Origin: an uncultured Bacteroidales bacterium
Lineage (GTDB): Bacteria; Bacteroidota; Bacteroidia; Bacteroidales; Paludibacteraceae
DNA: 64,000 nucleotides
Reading direction: 5' to 3'
Assembly (NCBI GenBank): GCA_937915765.1
Contig: CALGHE010000133.1
Span: 8,387 to 72,386, forward strand
This document shows positions 28,401 to 36,045 of the stretch, in pieces. The notes beneath the pieces are model-generated. The model had not been told where the DNA came from. It saw only the letters and a program-made list of their open reading frames with translations, and searched no databases. How positions within the stretch are numbered: position 1 is the stretch's first letter; each line of letters starts with the position of its first letter. A program made the position numbers and the translations under genes.

Positions 28401-29533
28401 TTAACAACATGTCAAGTCAGGAACGTGAAAACTTGCTCAAGATAGTTAGCAATAATCAGAGTGGCAGATATGTGTTCGTTGGTATGGATACGGTAGCGTA
28501 TTGTTCTGATACGGCTTCGGCTTACTTTGATTTCGTAGAGCGTCCGAGAATATCGTTGTATGCAGATACGGTTGCGTTGTGTGAGGGCGACTCTATCGCG
28601 ATTACTGGGCCTAACTCGTTCTTCCATAAGTATGGTGTTTGTATAGACGAGCGAGGCGGTGTGGTTGACAGTACGGCTTGGTTGCTTGATGATTCGTTGT
28701 ATCACGCTCATCAGCCGGTTCCGGGTGGATATAGGACTTTGAAGTTCTATGCGAAGAACGAATGTGGTGAGAGCGACTCTAAGAATAGTTTGTTCGCATT
28801 CTGCGAAATGCTAAAGGCTACAACTGAAGATAGCTTGTTAGCGGCGGGAAGTGAGGAGAACCTGAAGTTGTGGAGAGAAGATAAGCTTTACTCTAACGAT
28901 TCGATTGTTCTTGATGTTCACACAAGATATGATGCAGACAAGTTTATCCTGACTACGTTGCCGACTGACAAGCCTCGTGTGGTGCGCGGTGATGGTGCTT
29001 CTCTAATCGTGAAGACTAACTACAAGCCGAAGACTTACTATTGGTACCGCGTGAACGGAAAGTCTGACGGTATGTCTTGCTTCGATGCGTTTAGTGTGGA
29101 TGGTGAGGTTGATGATGATTGCGTGGATAGTGATGACAGCAAGGATGAACTTCTTGGCGTGACGATAGATGGTTTTGATGTGGATGCGAATAAGTTTGCT
29201 CTGGCTTCTGTCTCTGACACGGCTGATTACTATGTGCTGATTACGGATAGCGTTTGTCCGGCTGCTCAAAGTAATGTGGTTGAGATTGCGGTGCTGGATG
29301 AACTTCCGAGCGCAATAACGCCTTACACAATAGACAACTTGAACGATGTCTTTATGAAGGGTTATTTTGTAATGATATTCAACCGCTATGGACAGAAGGT
29401 CTTTGAAGGTGAAGATGGCTGGGACGGTAAGATTGATGGTGTGCTGGTTGACCCAGGTGTCTATTTCTATGACACTCGCTTGAAAGACGGTTCTGTGGTG
29501 AGTGGCACTATTGAGGTCGTGAAGATTAAATAA
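22445..29533 (+). CDS. Giant (about 2360 aa) surface protein with multiple HYR-like repeats and a divergent T9SS type B C-terminal sorting domain
   Basis: The signal peptide is MTMLRRYRCFALIPVLTMLAVSASAQ. At least 8 modules begin D(T/K)xxP..(C), namely DTTAPNIDCE, DIKPNLYNCPED, DKEGPRGDCRD, DTTSPVFDCSS, VTPPVFNCGD, DTTLPSDWKCD, DTVAPVFDV and DTVPPTVTW; each is followed by ..Y..G.T.V.W...D..GN...C.Q.V.V, as in HYR domains. The C-terminus is FNRYGQKVFEGEDGWDGKIDG..PGVYFY..GTIEVVKIK. I prefer the start at 22445 (or 22451) to the GTG at 22325. Confidence 0.85.
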   Translation: MTMLRRYRCFALIPVLTMLAVSASAQDDNQSSGGETEEPVPLVLTADVQSSCPDMPIVLTATGFPGNTGNIAWEVEVPNEDKTGMKWKPLGSTEYNGSAAVNVVVMPDQETALFRASLTGYAERCSVSVKLETDCPDRCHTTTTGEYYLGTDFTPKDSSNTGAKVPNDIYHHFTEAGIGFRGNGASYTITQDFGYSPKNMEDLESNFYYCNTEFKNNPFTLVFPTKDNWGKSYRFTARLYFVFPDNGCTPFIDNSAKIMTRTGHGTSTNDMLEVSIYDDETGELIFNASDSRDVAQIDFGKPIGGYDFKRYVNNKKTGRHAYRFELTFYGSFPARPDGKTEFTFDPYFEQFVTGQSGGCLPVLAVDYISAEIENVCVNSNPVCEGDTAVANAAGFAKDADYRWFRYNDEGGAWMEQTHFRGQSQMEVLIDKIGKTLYYVCDGKGEFINGEPKTKFEFFIVGQSCKPVPVKSVEGKTNVCIADGATVQYTVPEKQIDSNPKVKYHWFLRDSVNGIDYNAADEAFGIKSIVTTGTHSESVIFTFNKNMKEYKEGDIKLGVYPSTDAIGDTLLVNLTLREKPAVSLELLGNYFAPGTSETDKELCPADKFQKIVANIASPNGYPADKYTFVWSGASGTSDTATVDIETVADRCDPTKEKSMKIGVSVSKDGCVTDTANTYKVRPSVGPSINCESIKDNERIFILGPTQSDTLVRFPIPDFSADCDPNPILTIELKGKRTNQTISLGKYTADSIKAGLIESSVLDIRLKSDTIRTTYTVKDGCDSTRTCDILFIVKDTTAPNIDCELIDDYSTKLSYFGSCEAVPGLHESLPTLVAPELEDRNGSDGVIKGTYLGRFNGKDGGEPNVDLTNFDKKIALNDKYESGNNYILWGFYDFDGNVAYCIQLVRVLDDIKPNLYNCPEDPLIGEVGMDPEKCGLSLGHFLKNLSASRVPYAKDQCSSTKVLKPRYFYKLTGTDNPWVEIDTTKMNDIVFVVEPDKDSAIYDLAWRFYKDGANGVTVSDTTYAECVQTFILKDKEGPRGDCRDLPEHNVKVNQHALNSEVVFKYASGKNPDGGADAVGVIYSLAGEFNIPVPVDNCGGEVIIDIELVDPGKKDGAEENVRISGKGDAAGIASLIEKLNRYKFYVGVTHVIYTFTDERGNKNVCDQRITVSSKYAPNPDCSKSIDQELVSQGTCKVDLNLNLGDVPTANFPYFLEVRDNKTGEPYSPEKYDSYHVNPISKDMPGVKGYPSKVVRVTNVDSITLLPTAISKTYELVNTYDEIDKVAVKIVNTYDDAGNVTEEVVHEYVNIHLSNFNQLPDELTKEFPTGTHLVTWFFDNGYGDIDSCVSKIVVKDTTSPVFDCSSLDTIKAPIDQVSVCETAVEVDIPEAHDYCNPSYIAKGVGVRSDNLPLSAVYPAGITTITWTFTSPYSTSAKVCKQTVLVQSVTPPVFNCGDIEDINVYTKVDECDVTADMVEFDQYFAKDYCTNDPVPGVKSREDGRTFEDNYPLGTTKIKWLFVSPYSLVETVCFQNVIVHDTTLPSDWKCDLIEPRVINVEISTSDAFVSKDEVVKSGLSLDGNINLFKDPCGEVLVDSKRSDGKALTDNYPLGETTITWTYKDHAGNVMYCDQTVIVGEMSGGDMNCPKNLDGKTFGCYSGLENRPYGSYEEFKDAVLAEGNATTVLPYDEKYMKPGSFGYTDTLAGDTCNMTVKRTYYVYNIRDVKSTCVQNFAVHDTVAPVFDVNPADIILSCDNYEIPDPEELTAVDNCAGEMKIKAVVTNFRSKDPSSCEYYNYKIEHKWTATDECGNSNSVSRYIYIKDTVPPTVTWDAFFRDTTLAELAGSCVFTVPDFESKLKDKVSDNCNETSRISIVQTPPAGSQIKETTTVKLRIFDNCDNSVDTFFVVRVSPRKSIVKVEAEDKSLCITETTSLNSKGVFSVTGKLERIIFGKIQSVDSRVFIDYYKDSIKEENLILSNNPTTYYYSKGFNNMSSQERENLLKIVSNNQSGRYVFVGMDTVAYCSDTASAYFDFVERPRISLYADTVALCEGDSIAITGPNSFFHKYGVCIDERGGVVDSTAWLLDDSLYHAHQPVPGGYRTLKFYAKNECGESDSKNSLFAFCEMLKATTEDSLLAAGSEENLKLWREDKLYSNDSIVLDVHTRYDADKFILTTLPTDKPRVVRGDGASLIVKTNYKPKTYYWYRVNGKSDGMSCFDAFSVDGEVDDDCVDSDDSKDELLGVTIDGFDVDANKFALASVSDTADYYVLITDSVCPAAQSNVVEIAVLDELPSAITPYTIDNLNDVFMKGYFVMIFNRYGQKVFEGEDGWDGKIDGVLVDPGVYFYDTRLKDGSVVSGTIEVVKIK

Positions 29534-29569
29534 TATCATGTTGGTTTGAATTTTTAGTTTATTTGTTTT

Positions 29570-29599
29570 GCGGAAGGGTTAAACCTTCCGCATTTTTTT
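29570..29599 (+). terminator. Rho-independent terminator after the HYR giant gene
   Basis: gcggaagg (29570-29577) pairs with ccttccgc (29584-29591), followed by T7. It abuts the next ATG at 29600. Confidence 0.8.
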
Positions 29600-30646
29600 A
29601 TGGAAAGTATATATAAATATATTGCCTTGAATGGCAAAAAGTATAGGATTGACGAATATGAAAGCTGGTGCTACGCTTTGTCGTCTGATGAGGAGGATGA
29701 AAAACTGCGCCAGTTTTTTAAAGATTGGGCAGACGAGCGTGATTTTATCCTTGGCAAAACCTCTGGCTCTACTGGAGACCCGAAGACTATAAAGTTGTCA
29801 AAGAGAGCTATGCTGGCTTCTGCAGAACTTACTAATTCTTTTTTTAATCTTAAGGCTGGAGATTCCATCTTGTTATGTCTTTCTGTTAATTACATTGCAG
29901 GTAAAATGATGTTGGTGAGGGCCATTGCTGGTGGATTGAATGTTGTTGTTGCAAAGCCGTCTTCTGAGCCTGATTGGAAGGGCTCTGTCGCTCTTGCTGC
30001 GATGGTGCCTATGCAAGTTCAGCAGCTGTTGTCGTCGGCTAAAGGCCGGAAAGCTTTGTCTATGGTTGAGAATCTTATTGTTGGAGGCAGCCCTTTGTCT
30101 CGAGATTGTGCGGAAAAACTGTCGGACTTGCCAGTGAATGCATATATGACCTACGGCATGACAGAGACTGTGTCTCACGTCGCTTTGTCTAAGATAGGTA
30201 GGGAAACAAGGCCAGTTTATACTGCGATGAGTGGAGTGCGCTTTTCTTTGGACAATCGTGGTTGTCTTGTGATTTCTGCTCCGCATTTGTCGGAAGAGAA
30301 TGTGGTGACGAATGATGTGGCTGAACTGATTTCTGACATGTCTTTTGTTTGGAAGGGACGGTTTGACAATGTTATTAATACAGGTGGCGTCAAGGTGCAT
30401 CCGGAGGTGGTTGAGGATAGTTTGAGGGGAATGATTGACCGTCGGTTTTATGTGATGGCGGAGCCTGATGTCAAGTTCGGGGAGATAGTTGTGCTGAAAA
30501 TAGAGGGAACGCCTTTGTCTGATGATTTGCTGCGGAAATTGCAAAGTGATATGGCTCGGCGCTTGTCAAAGTTTGAGAGACCTAAAAAGATTTTATTTCT
30601 GGCCAAATTTAGGGAGACGGACAGCGGGAAAGTTATAAGGATTTAA
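29600..30646 (+). CDS. AMP-dependent synthetase/ligase (short acyl-CoA ligase; o-succinylbenzoate-CoA ligase MenE-like)
   Basis: It has the AMP-binding motif I TSGSTGDPKTIKLS, motif YGMTETVSH, and ..TGG.K. Its ~350-aa size is like Bacteroidales MenE annotations. No other men genes are adjacent, so the substrate is uncertain. Confidence 0.75.
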   Translation: MESIYKYIALNGKKYRIDEYESWCYALSSDEEDEKLRQFFKDWADERDFILGKTSGSTGDPKTIKLSKRAMLASAELTNSFFNLKAGDSILLCLSVNYIAGKMMLVRAIAGGLNVVVAKPSSEPDWKGSVALAAMVPMQVQQLLSSAKGRKALSMVENLIVGGSPLSRDCAEKLSDLPVNAYMTYGMTETVSHVALSKIGRETRPVYTAMSGVRFSLDNRGCLVISAPHLSEENVVTNDVAELISDMSFVWKGRFDNVINTGGVKVHPEVVEDSLRGMIDRRFYVMAEPDVKFGEIVVLKIEGTPLSDDLLRKLQSDMARRLSKFERPKKILFLAKFRETDSGKVIRI

Positions 30647-30677
30647 AAAAGCGTCCTGATTCAGGACGCTTTTTTTT
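30645..30677. terminator. Bidirectional rho-independent terminator between convergent genes
   Basis: The sequence is A6-gcgtcctg-att-caggacgc-T8, a perfect 8-bp stem flanked by A and T runs. The T run overlaps the mutS stop codon. Confidence 0.85.
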
Positions 30678-33306
30678 ATTCTGACCTACCAGTCACAATT
30701 TTCTTTATCTCGTTAAGCTTGTTGAGAGCTTCAATAGGAGTCAGATTGTTTACATCCAGATTTACGATCTCGTCTCGAACCTGAGATAGCACAGGGTCGT
30801 CCATCTGGAAGAAACTAAGTTGATAACCTTCCTTTGGAAGTTGGCTCTTCTTTGGCTCGTTTGTTTTATTGCTTTCGGAAGTGCTGGATTTCCTGTTGTC
30901 TTTTTCAAGCTGCGCTAATATTTCATTAGCTCTGGACACTACGCTGTGCGGAAGTCCTGCCAATTTGGCTACATGAATACCAAAGCTATGTTCGCTTCCG
31001 CCTTTAACGAGTTTTCGCAGGAAGATGACTTTGCCGTTAGCCTCTTTTACGGACACGTTGTAGTTGCAGATGCGGTTAAACAAATTCTCCATCTCGTTTA
31101 GTTCATGGTAGTGAGTGGCGAACAGTGTCTTTGCCTTTGCAGTAGGGTGCTCGTGTATATGTTCCACGATAGCCCAGGCTATAGAGATTCCGTCGTATGT
31201 GCTGGTGCCTCGGCCTAATTCGTCAAACAGCACAAGACTTCTGTGCGAAAGGTTGTTTATTATGCTTGCGGCCTCGTTCATCTCTACCATGAAGGTTGAT
31301 TCGCCCATAGAGATGTTGTCGGAAGCCCCGACACGTGTGAATATTTTGTCTATAACGCCAATTTCAGCCTTTTCGGCAGACACGAAACAGCCTATTTGGG
31401 CCATCAGCACAATGAGGGCTGTTTGCCTTAGCAGTGCGGATTTACCTGCCATGTTGGGGCCGGTTATCATTATCACTTGCTGCGAATTGCTGTCCAGATG
31501 GAGGTCGTTAGCCACGTATTTTTCGCCAATTGGCAGTTGCCGTTCGATAACGGGGTGGCGGCCTTGCGTAATGTCAATGGCGTCGCCCTCGTTCATGGAC
31601 GGACGCACGTACGAGTTGCTGTCAGACACCTTTGCAAAGGATAGCAGAGTGTCTATCTGAGCTATAAGATTGGAGTTCGTCTGTATGGCAGGAATGTATT
31701 CTGCAAGTTCAAGGACTAACTCGTTATAGATTCTCGATTCGAGCGCTATGATTTTGTCTTCTGCTCCGAGAATCTTCTCTTCGTATTCCTTCAGCTCTTG
31801 TGTTATGTAGCGTTCTGCGTCTTTCAGAGTCTGTTTTCTGATCCACTCTTCCGGAACTTTGTCTTTGTGTGTGTTGCGAACCTCTATGTAGTATCCGAAC
31901 ACGTTGTTGTAATTGATTTTGAGAGATGGTATGCCGGTGCGTTCTGATTCTCTTTCCTGAAGGTCCAGAAGATATTGCTTGCCAGAGCGTGAGATGAGTC
32001 TCAGTTCGTCAAGCTCGCTGTTTACGCCTTCGCGGATTACGCCTCCGCGATTCACCATGTTTGGCGGGTCGTTTGTTATGAGGTCGCCAATCTTGGTCCT
32101 TATCAGTTTGCACTCATTAAGTTGTTCGCCGATACGTTTCAGGCCTTCGCTGTCGCTTGAAGAGCAAACCTCTTTTATCGGAGTTATGGACTCCAACGAG
32201 ACGCGGAGCTGAACAATCTCGCGCGGGGTCACGCGTCCTACCGCCACTTTCGATATGATGCGCTCAAGGTCGCCGATAGTGAAAAGCCTGTCATTTATCA
32301 CCTCCATCATGTTGCTGTCGTTCAGCAGGCTCTCTACAATGTTGTGTCTCTCTTCAATAGGTTTCACATCTTTTAAGGGGAAGGCAATCCATCGTCTGAG
32401 AAGACGTGCGCCCATAGGCGAAACCGTCCGGTCCAGAATGTCTGCCAAGGTTTTTCCGCCTTCGTGAACCGTTCCGTACAGCTCCAGATTTCTTATTGTG
32501 AATTTATCTAACCACACATATCTGTCTTCCTCTATTCGAGACAGGTTTGTGATATGACCAATCTTCTGATGATGAGTTATGTCGAGGTAGTAAAGTATGG
32601 CCCCCGACGCTACAATGCCGAGTTCCAGTTTGTCAACCCCGAAACCCTTCAGGTTTTTTGTCTCAAAATGTTTGACGAGCCGTTCGTTTGCTGTGTCGAG
32701 CGTGAAAATCCAGTCGTCCAGCTCAAACGTGAAATATTTGTTGCCGAAATGCTCCTCAAAGGTGCTTCGTTTGCTTCGTTCAAAGAGGACCTCTTTAGGC
32801 GACATGCTGCTGAGGAGTTTGTCGATATAGTCAAACGGGCCTTCGGCAGTGAGAAATTCTCCGGTTGATATGTCGAGAAAGGCAACTCCGGCGCTTTTCT
32901 TGCTAAAATGGACAGCGGCGAGGAAATTGTTCTCTTTATGATTTAGCACATTGTCATTTATGGAGACACCGGGAGTTACGAGTTCGGTAATGCCTCGCTT
33001 CACAATGTTTTTTGTGAGTTTGGGGTCTTCTAACTGGTCGCATATAGCCACACGTTGCCCTGCGCGCACCAGTTTGGGCAAGTATGTGTCCAGCGCATGA
33101 TGCGGAAAGCCTGCCAGCTCTACAGAAGAGGCAGACCCGTTTGCCCTGCGTGTCAGGGTTATGCCTAATATTTCAGACGCTTTGATTGCATCGTCCGAGA
33201 ATGTCTCGTAAAAATCTCCTACACGAAAAAGAAGAATCGCGTCCGGGTGCTTTCCCTTGATTTCAAGGTATTGCTTCATCAATGGTGTTTCTGCTACTTT
33301 TGCCAA
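30676..33306 (-). CDS. mutS: DNA mismatch repair protein MutS
   Basis: Motifs present are the N-terminal [30 protein letters not shown], Walker [16 protein letters not shown], and [12 protein letters not shown]. The protein is 876 aa. Confidence 0.97.
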   Translation of the reverse strand: MAKVAETPLMKQYLEIKGKHPDAILLFRVGDFYETFSDDAIKASEILGITLTRRANGSASSVELAGFPHHALDTYLPKLVRAGQRVAICDQLEDPKLTKNIVKRGITELVTPGVSINDNVLNHKENNFLAAVHFSKKSAGVAFLDISTGEFLTAEGPFDYIDKLLSSMSPKEVLFERSKRSTFEEHFGNKYFTFELDDWIFTLDTANERLVKHFETKNLKGFGVDKLELGIVASGAILYYLDITHHQKIGHITNLSRIEEDRYVWLDKFTIRNLELYGTVHEGGKTLADILDRTVSPMGARLLRRWIAFPLKDVKPIEERHNIVESLLNDSNMMEVINDRLFTIGDLERIISKVAVGRVTPREIVQLRVSLESITPIKEVCSSSDSEGLKRIGEQLNECKLIRTKIGDLITNDPPNMVNRGGVIREGVNSELDELRLISRSGKQYLLDLQERESERTGIPSLKINYNNVFGYYIEVRNTHKDKVPEEWIRKQTLKDAERYITQELKEYEEKILGAEDKIIALESRIYNELVLELAEYIPAIQTNSNLIAQIDTLLSFAKVSDSNSYVRPSMNEGDAIDITQGRHPVIERQLPIGEKYVANDLHLDSNSQQVIMITGPNMAGKSALLRQTALIVLMAQIGCFVSAEKAEIGVIDKIFTRVGASDNISMGESTFMVEMNEAASIINNLSHRSLVLFDELGRGTSTYDGISIAWAIVEHIHEHPTAKAKTLFATHYHELNEMENLFNRICNYNVSVKEANGKVIFLRKLVKGGSEHSFGIHVAKLAGLPHSVVSRANEILAQLEKDNRKSSTSESNKTNEPKKSQLPKEGYQLSFFQMDDPVLSQVRDEIVNLDVNNLTPIEALNKLNEIKKIVTGRSE

Positions 33307-33339
33307 TTTTGTCTTTAATTGATTGTTATGTTTATTCTA

Positions 33340-33347
33340 CAAAGGTA
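33340..33347 (-). promoter_or_regulatory. Bacteroidota -7 box (TACCTTTG on the minus strand) candidate promoter for mutS
   Basis: The plus strand reads caaaggta. The box lies about 33 nt upstream of the ATG at 33306. Confidence 0.4.
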
Positions 33348-33787
33348 ATAAAATATTTCTATGCTTAGTGCATCATAAAGATTTTCGCATCACTGCTAAA
33401 AATAATCAAGGGAAGCTTCACAGCCTCCCTCAACTCATTTAACCTAAACCTTAACTATGAAAAAAATCTACCTGTTTTGTTTGCTTGGCACAAAGGTAAG
33501 AACTTTCTTGTATAAGATGCAAGTTTTTTTTATATTTTTTTTGATTAAGGTCAAAAAAAGTGTTTTTTGTGTGATTGAGGTCAAGAAAGATGTGTAAAAA
33601 TGGAATTTTTTACATGTTTCTTGGAAGAGGCAGTTTGTGAGGATAGCTCTGGTTATAATGAGAAATGTGTGAGTTTGCTCTTTGGGAAACTTAAAAAAAT
33701 CATGTAATCGTACTTTTTGGTTAAAATTAAATAGATTCTTAATATTTTTTTTGCGAAATTTGCAGGCGGTTTTCAAACTTTTAGATA

Positions 33788-35662
33788 ATGGTTTTTAAGT
33801 ACGACGTAATTGTAGTAGGGGCTGGACATGCGGGTTGCGAGGCAGCCGCTGCAGCCGCTAATCTTGGGTCAAAGACTCTGCTTGTCACTATGGATATGCA
33901 CAAGATTGCGCAGATGAGTTGTAATCCTGCCATCGGCGGTATTGCTAAAGGTCAGATTGTGCGCGAGATTGACGCTTTGGGTGGCTTTTGTGGCATTGTC
34001 TCGGACTTGACAGCTATACAGTTCCGTATGTTGAACCGTTCTAAAGGGCCTGCAATGTGGAGCCCGCGCTCGCAAGCCGACAGACAGAAGTTCTCGGAGA
34101 AGTGGAGGTCTATATTGGAAAACACAGACAATCTTGACATCTGGCAGGATATGGTTACGGAACTTATAGTGAAAGATGGTGCTGTTTGCGGTGTTAAGGT
34201 TGGTATGTCTGCAGTGTTTGAGGCTAAGTGTGTGGTTATTACTGCAGGAACTTTCTTGTCGGGGCTTATGCATTGCGGAAAGACTCAGGTGGCTGGAGGC
34301 CGTATCTCAGAACCGGCTTCTTACGGACTTACAGAACAGTTGAACGCTTTGGGTGTCAGGTCGGACAGAATGAAAACCGGGACGCCGGTGCGTATTGACG
34401 GACGCTCTGTTGATTTCTCTGTAATGGGAAAACAGGATGGAGATAATGATTTTCACAAATTCTCTTATCTGGACTTTGAACCGAGGCCGCTGGAACAGAA
34501 AAGTTGCTTCACCACCTCCACAAATGAAGAGACGCATGAGATTTTGAGGCAGGGTTTGCCGGACTCTCCGTTGTATAACGGTCAGATTCAGAGTATTGGT
34601 CCGCGTTACTGCCCAAGTATAGAGACCAAAATCGTGACGTTTGCAGATAAGACTCAGCATCCTCTGTTCCTTGAACCGGAGGGTGTGGATACTCAGGAAT
34701 ACTATCTGAACGGCTTCTCGTCGTCGCTCCCTCTGGATATTCAGTTGCGCGCGTTAAGAACTGTCAAAGGTCTTGAGAATGTGAGGGTGTATCGTCCGGG
34801 CTATGCGATTGAGTATGATTTCTTCGACCCTACTCAGTTAAGGCACACTTTGGAGTCTAAGGTTGTGAAAAATCTTTTCTTTGCTGGGCAGGTTAATGGA
34901 ACGACGGGGTATGAAGAGGCGGGCGGACAAGGTCTTGTGGCTGGTGTGAACGCGCATATCAATTGTCATGGAGGAAAAGAGTTTGTCCTTGCAAGAAATG
35001 AAGCGTATATTGGTGTTCTGATTGACGATTTGGTTACGAAGGGTGTTGATGAACCTTACAGAATGTTCACTTCGCGGGCTGAATACAGGATTTTGCTGCG
35101 TCAGGATGATGCGGATGCGAGACTTACGCCGATGTCTTACAATTTGGGACTGGCTTCCAAGGATAGATATTCTTTGTATATGTCTAAAAAAGAGTGGGTT
35201 GAGCGGCTTATTCATTTTATCAAGGGGTATTCGGTTAAGCCGGCTTACATAAACGGTTTCTTGGAAAAGGCGGGTACGGCTCCGCTCAGAGAGGGCTGCA
35301 AGTTGGTTGATCTGGTGACAAGACCGCAGCTTACTATTGAACTGCTGTCCGAGGCTATTCCGGCTTTGAAGTCAGAAATCTCTAAGATTCCAAATCGTAA
35401 AGAGGAAATTGTGGAGGCTGCCGAAATCCAGATAAAATATCAGGGCTACATAGATAGGGAGACTTTGATTGCCGATAAACTGAAAAGATTGGAGAATATT
35501 AAAATCAAAGGCAAGTTTGATTATTCTACAATTAACACCATATCGACTGAGGCCCGACAGAAGCTTCAGAGGATAGACCCGGAAACAATTGGTCAGGCGA
35601 GCAGAATACCGGGTATCTCACCGAGCGATGTTAATATTCTGCTTGTGCTGATGGGCAGGTAG
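33788..35662 (+). CDS. mnmG: tRNA uridine 5-carboxymethylaminomethyl modification enzyme MnmG (GidA)
   Basis: The FAD motif is YDVIVVGAGHAGCEAA. MSCNPAIGG, GPRYCPSIE and the C-terminal GQASRIPGISPSDV are also present. The protein is 624 aa. Confidence 0.97.
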   Translation: MVFKYDVIVVGAGHAGCEAAAAAANLGSKTLLVTMDMHKIAQMSCNPAIGGIAKGQIVREIDALGGFCGIVSDLTAIQFRMLNRSKGPAMWSPRSQADRQKFSEKWRSILENTDNLDIWQDMVTELIVKDGAVCGVKVGMSAVFEAKCVVITAGTFLSGLMHCGKTQVAGGRISEPASYGLTEQLNALGVRSDRMKTGTPVRIDGRSVDFSVMGKQDGDNDFHKFSYLDFEPRPLEQKSCFTTSTNEETHEILRQGLPDSPLYNGQIQSIGPRYCPSIETKIVTFADKTQHPLFLEPEGVDTQEYYLNGFSSSLPLDIQLRALRTVKGLENVRVYRPGYAIEYDFFDPTQLRHTLESKVVKNLFFAGQVNGTTGYEEAGGQGLVAGVNAHINCHGGKEFVLARNEAYIGVLIDDLVTKGVDEPYRMFTSRAEYRILLRQDDADARLTPMSYNLGLASKDRYSLYMSKKEWVERLIHFIKGYSVKPAYINGFLEKAGTAPLREGCKLVDLVTRPQLTIELLSEAIPALKSEISKIPNRKEEIVEAAEIQIKYQGYIDRETLIADKLKRLENIKIKGKFDYSTINTISTEARQKLQRIDPETIGQASRIPGISPSDVNILLVLMGR

Positions 35663-35681
35663 GTTTTGTGTATGACAACCT

Positions 35682-35700
35682 AATTTATAAAAGTTCTATA
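35682..35700 (+). repeat. Dispersed intergenic motif copy 5 (partial)
   Basis: aatttataaaagttctata lies 20 nt after the mnmG stop. It runs straight into the terminator hairpin. Confidence 0.5.
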
Positions 35701-35742
35701 GAAGAGGACTTGCTATTTTGCAGGTCCTCTTCTCTTTTTTTT
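35700..35742 (+). terminator. Rho-independent terminator after mnmG
   Basis: agaagaggac (35700-35709) pairs with gtcctcttct (35724-35733), a perfect 10-bp stem. A T8 run follows. Confidence 0.8.
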
Positions 35743-36007
35743 GCAAGGAAGGTCCTGAAACAGAATGAAACCATGATAAGTTTGCCGATATAACCAATCA
35801 GTTGCAGCTCTTTTTAACGTTATGGTCTTCCTGCTCTATTTCTGCAAGGATGGAGGTCCAAAGTTCCTTTGTTGTGGTGCGTCTCAAAAAAAATTAAGGC
35901 AACTTCAAAAAAATATGCAGAGATGATTTTGAAGAGCATTTTACTTAGGCTGATTATATTTGCAAACACTTTTTTAAATAATTTGTAGTTTTTTTGAATT
36001 GTTTTGT

Positions 36008-36015
36008 TACATTTG
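36008..36015 (+). promoter_or_regulatory. Bacteroidota -7 box candidate promoter for the GH5 gene
   Basis: TACATTTG lies 31 nt upstream of the ATG at 36046, with a TTTG at 35982-35985. A second box, TATATTTG, is at 35955-35962. Confidence 0.5.
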
Positions 36016-36045
36016 CGAATCATATTGAATCTAAAAGTGAAAAAC

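Noticed and set aside
29873-30544. A 223-aa minus-strand ORF opposite the AMP-ligase gene. Similar cases are 36307-37218 opposite GH5, 45568-46404 opposite the OmpA-family gene, and 39030-39629 opposite the HTCS gene.
   Set aside because: These are shadow ORFs. The sense frames carry the AMP-binding, GH5, OmpA and HisKA motifs.
33468-33776. A 102-aa minus-strand ORF in the mutS-mnmG spacer.
   Set aside because: The translation is Lys/Phe/Thr/Asn-rich low-complexity sequence from poly-A/T DNA. It overlaps promoter regions and has no motifs.
33307-33787. A possible chromosomal replication origin: an AT-rich 481-bp spacer next to mnmG/gidA, which flanks oriC in some bacteria.
   Set aside because: I scanned by eye for DnaA boxes (TTATNCACA / TGTGNATAA). 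I found no perfect box and only one single-mismatch candidate (tgtgtaaaa). There is no dnaA, dnaN or cluster of boxes, so the evidence is insufficient.
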